Shown here: piece by piece, positions 27,578 through 32,000 of the stretch
How the letters are laid out: the number at the start of each line of letters is the position of its first letter
Position numbering within the stretch: position 1 is the stretch's first letter
Source: an uncultured Lacihabitans sp.
GTDB taxonomy: Bacteria; Bacteroidota; Bacteroidia; Cytophagales; Spirosomataceae
Length of the DNA: 32,000 nt
Assembly (NCBI GenBank): GCA_964563435.1
Contig: CAZLXI010000001.1
Location: 60,180 to 92,179 of the forward strand
Direction: 5' to 3'
The notes under the pieces: generated by a model
Told to the model about the DNA's origin: nothing
Seen by the model: the letters and a program-made list of their open reading frames with translations, nothing else
Databases searched by the model: none
Program-made: the position numbers and the translations under genes

Positions 27578-28081
27578 ATGTTTACGGTGTTTCTGGGAAT
27601 AGGCAGCAACCTGGGCGATAGGCCGGACCATATCCGGACCGCCCTGCAAAAGATCAGCGAAAAGGCGGGCCACCTGAAAAAGGCCTCCGGAATCTATGAA
27701 ACCGAACCGTGGGGAGTGGAAGGTCAGGACAACTATTATAACCTGGCAGTGGAAGTGGAAACCCTGCTCCTGCCTTTGCAGCTTCTGCAGGTGATACGGC
27801 AGATAGAACTGGAATGCGGCCGGGAAAGAAAGGAAAGGTGGGGAAGCCGTACCCTCGATATCGACCTTCTCTTCTTTGAGGACTACCACTTCACCATGCC
27901 GGACCTCACAGTGCCGCACCCCCGGCTCACGGAACGGAATTTCGTACTGTATCCTATGGCGGAAATTTCAGGAGATTTTGTGCATCCGGGAAACGGGCTG
28001 ACCCTGTCGGAACTGAAGGAAATGAGCCCGGATACGGGATGGATAAACCGGAATACGGATTCGAATATTGTGTATCCATAA
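27578..28081 (+). CDS. folK: 2-amino-4-hydroxy-6-hydroxymethyldihydropteridine diphosphokinase
   Basis: 167 aa with FLGIGSNLGD, TLDIDLLFF and VPHPRLTERNFVLYPM. Starts 2 nt after the GGGPS stop. Its last ~18 codons lie in copy 1 of the 28027-28190 duplication. Confidence 0.9.
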   Translation: MFTVFLGIGSNLGDRPDHIRTALQKISEKAGHLKKASGIYETEPWGVEGQDNYYNLAVEVETLLLPLQLLQVIRQIELECGRERKERWGSRTLDIDLLFFEDYHFTMPDLTVPHPRLTERNFVLYPMAEISGDFVHPGNGLTLSELKEMSPDTGWINRNTDSNIVYP

Positions 28082-28190
28082 TTATTACCGGAGGCCTGGC
28101 GCTGAAGGGAAAGAACCCGGATACGGGGATGGATAATTCCCATAAATCAGAATACGGATGCGAATATTGCTCGTCCATAATTATTACCAG
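28027..28190 (+). repeat. Diverged tandem duplication spanning the folK 3' end and the GT4 start
   Basis: Copy 1 is 28027-28090 and copy 2 is 28116-28190. A 20-nt block (cccggatacgggatggataa) repeats with a 1-nt indel. A 40-nt core (28051-28090 vs 28150-28189) matches at 34/40 by manual count. In copy 1 the GT start codon is ATT. Confidence 0.85.
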
Positions 28191-29297
28191 GATCCCGGTG
28201 GGGAAGACAGTGTTTTTCACCAGGAATCGGAGGCTCTGAAGAAGAGGCATACAGTGGAGCTGCTGACCTTCCGAAACAGGAAAGGCCTTACGGGACTGAT
28301 CCAGTACCTGCTTTATCCTTATAATATCTTTGCCGCCTTCCGCCTGCGAAATAAGATCCGGGAGTTTGCTCCTGACCTCATCCATGTGCATAACATTCAT
28401 TACGCCTCCGGACCCATCCTTTTCCGTACGGCTCACCGTTTAAGAGTCCCGGTAGTCTTCACCCTGCACAATTACCGGCTTCTGTGTCCGTCTGCCCTTC
28501 TGTTTTACAGGGGAAAAAGGTATATGGACAGCATCGGAAAAGCTTTTCCTTGGGATGCCGTCAGAAAGGGTGTCCTGGACGGATCGGTACCCAAGACCTT
28601 TCTGACCGCTCTGACCTACCGCTTTCATGCCTGGCTGGGCACCTGGCAAAACGTGGATGCTTTCCTGCCTTTAACCGCTTATGCAAAAAACCTGCTCCTA
28701 CTGGGCAGGCTTGGCATCCCGGAAGACCATATTTACGTTAAACCTAACTTTATTGAACCGCTGTCGCCGAACCTTCCTGCTTCTGAGGAGGAGCCGTACT
28801 TCCTTTTCATTGGCCGGCTTTCGGAGGAAAAAGGTGTCAGGCAGCTCCTGCATGCCTTTAACCGGCCGGGTGCCCCTCCCCTTCGGATCATCGGTGATGG
28901 TCCCCTTCGGAGTTTACTGCATGATCCGGTTAACCCCGGCCTCCGGCATCTGGGTTACCTCAGCCGTGAAAAGATCGGAGATTACATCGCAGAAAGTAAA
29001 GGTATTGTCATTCCTTCGATCTGCCTGGAAGGTTTTCCACTGGCCCTGTTGGAAGGCTTTTCTCTGAAAACCCCCGTCATACTTTCCAAAGAGGTGGCGG
29101 CCGGCGAAGTCATTGAAGACGGGAAAAACGGCTTCCTTATTGATCCGCGGGATTTTTCGGAGAGAATAAAGGAAATTTACAGTGATCGGGATCTGAAGCG
29201 TACCGGAGAAGAAGGATTTCAGACTTACGAAGCCCGGTTCACGAAGGAAAAAATTATGCACCTGCTGGAAGAGATCTACGGGCAAATGCTCGCGTGA
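28158..29297 (+). CDS. Glycosyltransferase family 4 (GT-B fold)
   Basis: 379 aa with N-terminal MRILLVHNYYQDPGGE and a C-terminal EX7E-type motif (EGFPLALLEGFSLKTPVI). Confidence 0.85.
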   Translation: MRILLVHNYYQDPGGEDSVFHQESEALKKRHTVELLTFRNRKGLTGLIQYLLYPYNIFAAFRLRNKIREFAPDLIHVHNIHYASGPILFRTAHRLRVPVVFTLHNYRLLCPSALLFYRGKRYMDSIGKAFPWDAVRKGVLDGSVPKTFLTALTYRFHAWLGTWQNVDAFLPLTAYAKNLLLLGRLGIPEDHIYVKPNFIEPLSPNLPASEEEPYFLFIGRLSEEKGVRQLLHAFNRPGAPPLRIIGDGPLRSLLHDPVNPGLRHLGYLSREKIGDYIAESKGIVIPSICLEGFPLALLEGFSLKTPVILSKEVAAGEVIEDGKNGFLIDPRDFSERIKEIYSDRDLKRTGEEGFQTYEARFTKEKIMHLLEEIYGQMLA

Positions 29298-29344
29298 AAT
29301 GCTTTTGAGGCCGTTTTTAAAAAAAAGATTCAGAAACCCTTTTC

Positions 29345-29470
29345 CCGAAAGTGTTCAGATAAAATGCTTCTCTACACTTAGTTTATTTTTGAAGAGGGCA
29401 GGTTTTTTTTACCGAAAAGTGCTCAGGTAAAGCGCTTCTCCACGCTTACATTCTTTTTCAGAAGGGCCAG
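29345..29470. repeat. Decayed tandem duplicate of the aat 3' end
   Basis: 29345-29401 aligns with 29412-29470, which holds the last ~16 codons and stop of aat. The ungapped core matches at 31/40 (29351-29390 vs 29419-29458, manual count). The duplicate carries in-frame stops. Confidence 0.7.
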
Positions 29471-30010
29471 AAATTCTTTTTTGGAGACCTCCTCCGCACC
29501 GAAACGCTTTACGTTATCGTTGATAAACTGCGTATCTAGCAAGCCGTATTTTCTTTCACGGAGCCGCTCTACGAGGTAATGAAAAGCCACTTTCGAAGCA
29601 TTGGGAACCCGGTGAAACATCGACTCCCCGAAAAATACTTTCCCCAGGGATACACCGTATAGACCGCCGGCCAGTTCTCCGTTCTGCCAGGCTTCTACTG
29701 AATGGGCAAATCCTAAATCATGCAGCTCCGTATACACTTCAATGATCTCTTCCGAAATCCAGATGCTGTCGTCTTCCGAACGGGGCAGGCCACAGTGTCG
29801 CATAACGGTTTCAAATGCCGTATTGATCCTTATTTCAAACGTACCGCGATTGAGTACGGGGCGAAGCGACCGGGCGGGGTGATAACTCTCAAGGGGAATG
29901 ATGCAGCGGGGGTCGGGGGCATACCAGTAGATGGTACCGTCGGGGTCTGCCATCGGAAAAACGCCCTGCAGGTACCCGGAGAGAACCATGCCCGGGCTAA
30001 AGTCATCCAT
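29423..30010 (-). CDS. aat: Leucyl/phenylalanyl-tRNA--protein transferase
   Basis: 195 aa with YLQGVFPM, WYAPDPR and GGLYGVSLGKVFFGESMF. Its ATG shares 1 nt with the pyrR stop (TGATG). Confidence 0.9.
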   Translation of the reverse strand: MDDFSPGMVLSGYLQGVFPMADPDGTIYWYAPDPRCIIPLESYHPARSLRPVLNRGTFEIRINTAFETVMRHCGLPRSEDDSIWISEEIIEVYTELHDLGFAHSVEAWQNGELAGGLYGVSLGKVFFGESMFHRVPNASKVAFHYLVERLRERKYGLLDTQFINDNVKRFGAEEVSKKEFLALLKKNVSVEKRFT

Positions 30011-30549
30011 CAGTCAATAATCCAGATCGTATCTTCGGAAAACCCCTGCTCTTTCCACTCCACCAGCACTTTCTGACTGTCGAGCGTATTCACGCCCCGG
30101 CCTACATAGTCCGGCTGTATGGGCAGGTCTCTTTCGTATTTGCGATTGATGAGGCACAGGAGCTCCACCCGCGCGGGCCGTCCGAAAACCTGCATGGCAT
30201 CAATGCCTGCCCTCACCATCCTTCCGGTAGCGATGACATCGTCGATGAGCACCACCTTTTTATCCTCAATGATAAAGTCTACCTTGTTGGAATTCGGCTT
30301 CAGGATATTCCCGCCCCGGTTATAGTCGTCGCGGTAGAAGGTAGCATCAAGGTACCCCAACGGCAGGCGGGTATCAAACTCCGTCCGGAGGAAATGGTCG
30401 AGCCTTTCCGCCAGGAAAACACCCCGGGGTTGCAGACCTAATAAAACTGTCGGAATCGATTCGTCCAGATTCTCTACAATTTCCTGGCATAACCGTTTCA
30501 TAGTAATATCCAGGAGGGGTTGCCCCAACAAAAGCCTTTTCTTTTGCAT
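30010..30549 (-). CDS. pyrR: PyrR-type bifunctional pyrimidine regulatory protein / uracil phosphoribosyltransferase
   Basis: 179 aa with a PRTase PRPP loop (VVLIDDVIATGRMVRAG) and the PyrR-like C-terminus (RDLPIQPDYVGRGVNT). Confidence 0.85.
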   Translation of the reverse strand: MQKKRLLLGQPLLDITMKRLCQEIVENLDESIPTVLLGLQPRGVFLAERLDHFLRTEFDTRLPLGYLDATFYRDDYNRGGNILKPNSNKVDFIIEDKKVVLIDDVIATGRMVRAGIDAMQVFGRPARVELLCLINRKYERDLPIQPDYVGRGVNTLDSQKVLVEWKEQGFSEDTIWIID

Positions 30550-30569
30550 CCGAAGAATTTAATTATCGG

Positions 30570-30577
30570 CAAAAATA
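30570..30577 (-). promoter_or_regulatory. Candidate -7 box (TAttTTTG) for pyrR-aat
   Basis: The reverse complement of 30570-30577 is TATTTTTG, about 20 nt upstream of the pyrR ATG (30549). No clear -33 element. Confidence 0.3.
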
Positions 30578-30609
30578 TGGTTATTTTGTATATTTAAAAA
30601 AGAAAGAAA

Positions 30610-31170
30610 ATGAAATACCTGATAGTAGGATTAGGTAATGCAGGACCCGATTACATTTTGACCCGTCATAATGCCGGGTTTATTGTTTTAGACAGGATAG
30701 CCATCGACAACGGATTAAGCTTTAAAATGGAGCGCCATGCTTATGTTACCGAAATGAAGCATAAAGGCCGCCATCTTACCCTCATTAAGCCCACTACTTA
30801 TATGAACCTTAGCGGAAAAGCGCTGGTGTACTGGATGGCCCACCTGAAGGTCCCCCTGGAAAATGTGCTGGTGCTGGTCGATGACCTGGCTCTCCCGCTC
30901 GGGAAACTCCGGATGAAAGAGCGGGGCTCTGCGGCCGGACATAACGGACTGAAAAATATCCAGGAACTGATACGAACCGATGCTTACCCCCGCTTACGGA
31001 TCGGGATCGGTGATGATTTTTCGAAAGGGCGGCAAACCGACTGGGTATTGGGCCGGTTTTCGGAAGAGGAGTTGCTGGAACTTTCCCCCAAAATAGACAA
31101 GGCCATCGAGATGATTTTCAGCTTTTGTACGGTGGGAATTACCCGTACCATGAATTTATACAACGAATAA
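30610..31170 (+). CDS. pth: Aminoacyl-tRNA (peptidyl-tRNA) hydrolase
   Basis: 186 aa with LIVGLGNAGPDYILTRHNAGF, DDLALPLGKLRMKERGSAAGHNGLK. Confidence 0.95.
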   Translation: MKYLIVGLGNAGPDYILTRHNAGFIVLDRIAIDNGLSFKMERHAYVTEMKHKGRHLTLIKPTTYMNLSGKALVYWMAHLKVPLENVLVLVDDLALPLGKLRMKERGSAAGHNGLKNIQELIRTDAYPRLRIGIGDDFSKGRQTDWVLGRFSEEELLELSPKIDKAIEMIFSFCTVGITRTMNLYNE

Positions 31171-31443
31171 TTGTACTTTTTAAAGAATTTTTACATTTAC
31201 TTAAAAAACAGACAAAATATAACCCGAACGGCCTATTGTAAAAATATTATTCTAAAAATGAACGAATTATCGACTCAAAAATAGTCATTTTTTGTAATTG
31301 ATCCTTCATTAGCAAAATATTATTCCGCATTTCATGCCAAATAAAATTTGGTAAGTAATTATATTCTTCTCAATTTTGCAGTGTAATAAAAATGCAATAA
31401 ATAAAGAATTCACAAGAATTCAATAACTAAAGAAAAGAATAAA

Positions 31444-31875
31444 ATGAAAAAGCAAATTAAAACCTGGGTCATTATCAGTACTATCCTGGCTTCATGCTTC
31501 ACCACAGCTATGGCCAACGACGGTAACAAATTACAAATGAAAGGTACTACTGAGGTAGTTAACACCCTAAATAAAAAGGGTAAGAAAATTGTTAAGAAAA
31601 ACAGCGCGGATCTTGATCTTTACCTGGCGGTAATGGACCTGTATAGTAAAGATCCTGCCAATTTCTATAACCTGGACGAGGCAACCAAAGTTAAATTCTT
31701 TGCAGCCGCTGAGAGATTAAACAAATCGCTGGCCTCTTCCGGAAAAAAAGAACTGAAAAACCTGGCAGAGCAGGTAGCCTTCAATCAGGCTGTTTCCAAC
31801 TACATCTGGAATGTGAAGAAGTCGAATACCGTAATTCTTCCGGTAGTGGAAATCGCTCAACAGACAAGTCTTTAA
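31444..31875 (+). CDS. Hypothetical secreted protein (orphan, AT-rich)
   Basis: 143-aa ORF with a signal peptide (WVIISTILASCFTTAMA). Lys-rich, no recognisable family. A canonical terminator follows it. Confidence 0.5.
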   Translation: MKKQIKTWVIISTILASCFTTAMANDGNKLQMKGTTEVVNTLNKKGKKIVKKNSADLDLYLAVMDLYSKDPANFYNLDEATKVKFFAAAERLNKSLASSGKKELKNLAEQVAFNQAVSNYIWNVKKSNTVILPVVEIAQQTSL

Positions 31876-31917
31876 TATCATTTCATAGTTTAATAGGTTA
31901 GGGTTGAATAGGTACTT

Positions 31918-31952
31918 ACCCCGCTCTCTTTGAGGGCGGGGTTAAGTTTTTT
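31918..31952 (+). terminator. Rho-independent terminator of the 31444-31875 gene
   Basis: 31918-31928 (accccgctctc) pairs with 31932-31942 (gagggcggggt), an 11-bp stem including one G-U, with a 3-nt loop. T6 follows at 31947-31952. Confidence 0.65.
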
Positions 31953-32000
31953 ATAAGCACGAAATCATCCATCACAAAGCCCCGGCCGATATCGATCACC

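Noticed and set aside
28039-28239. 66-aa ORF with an internally repeated Cys-containing peptide (PEYGFEYCVSIIIT / SEYGCEYCSSIIIT) next to a glycosyltransferase. It looks superficially like a multi-core RiPP precursor.
   Set aside because: The peptide repeat is the alternative-frame shadow of the 28027-28190 DNA duplication. The ORF overlaps the folK end and the strongly conserved GT4 N-terminus (MRILLVHNYYQDPGGE), which explains the sequence conservation.
31916-32000. Possible 3' end of a minus-strand CDS entering from beyond the window. Two frames are open: ...VIDIGRGFVMDDFVLIKN... ending at 31916, or ...GDRYRPGLCDG ending at about 31964.
   Set aside because: Fewer than 30 codons are visible and the frame cannot be decided, so no family assignment is possible.
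1-32000. Searched by eye for tRNA/rRNA genes, CRISPR repeat-spacer arrays, IS elements or terminal inverted repeats with target-site duplications, integrases, reverse transcriptases, riboswitch-like conserved cores (lysine, guanidine, PyrR binding loops) and known defence-system gene combinations.
   Set aside because: I recognised none of these. The intergenic spacers are short or AT-rich without the GC-rich conserved cores expected of structured RNAs. A covariance-model scan (Rfam/Infernal, tRNAscan-SE) and a defence-system HMM scan would be the decisive checks.

Overview
Dense chromosomal segment, most consistent with a Bacteroidota genome. Evidence: a secreted protease with a T9SS C-terminal sorting domain, a PorW/SprE-like TPR lipoprotein, several TAnnTTTG-type -7 boxes, and no obvious Shine-Dalgarno sequences. 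I support 28 protein-coding genes, mostly housekeeping or metabolic. In order: dnaB (3' part), Gfo/Idh/MocA oxidoreductase, glutaryl-CoA-dehydrogenase-like ACAD, lysA-like decarboxylase, a long arginine-deiminase-like protein plus a CtlX-like amidinotransferase-fold hydrolase, a second Gfo/Idh/MocA oxidoreductase, a RES-Xre toxin-antitoxin pair, GNAT, nitroreductase, EEP-family lipoprotein, bestrophin-like channel, sucC, LolD-like ABC ATPase, an HK/RR two-component pair behind a sodium:solute symporter, PorW/SprE-like lipoprotein, MBL-fold hydrolase coupled to a T9SS zinc protease, recQ, a small membrane protein, a GGGP-synthase (PcrB) homologue, folK, a GT4 glycosyltransferase, aat, pyrR, pth and an AT-rich orphan secreted protein. 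I saw no rRNA, tRNA, CRISPR array, transposase, integrase or reverse transcriptase. The RES-Xre pair is the only clear accessory or defence-like module, and it belongs to a known family. I could not establish an unambiguous new multi-gene system. The best leads are: (1) the ADI-like/CtlX-like pair divergent from a DAP-decarboxylase-like gene, with no classical ADI-pathway partners; (2) a co-directional membrane-protein/GGGPS/folK/GT4 block; (3) decayed tandem duplications of gene termini on both flanks of the GT4 gene; (4) three AT-rich palindromes built from tandem 7-9 nt words that lack the trailing U-tracts seen on the two canonical terminators here. All functional calls come from reading motifs by eye. 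No database search was run.
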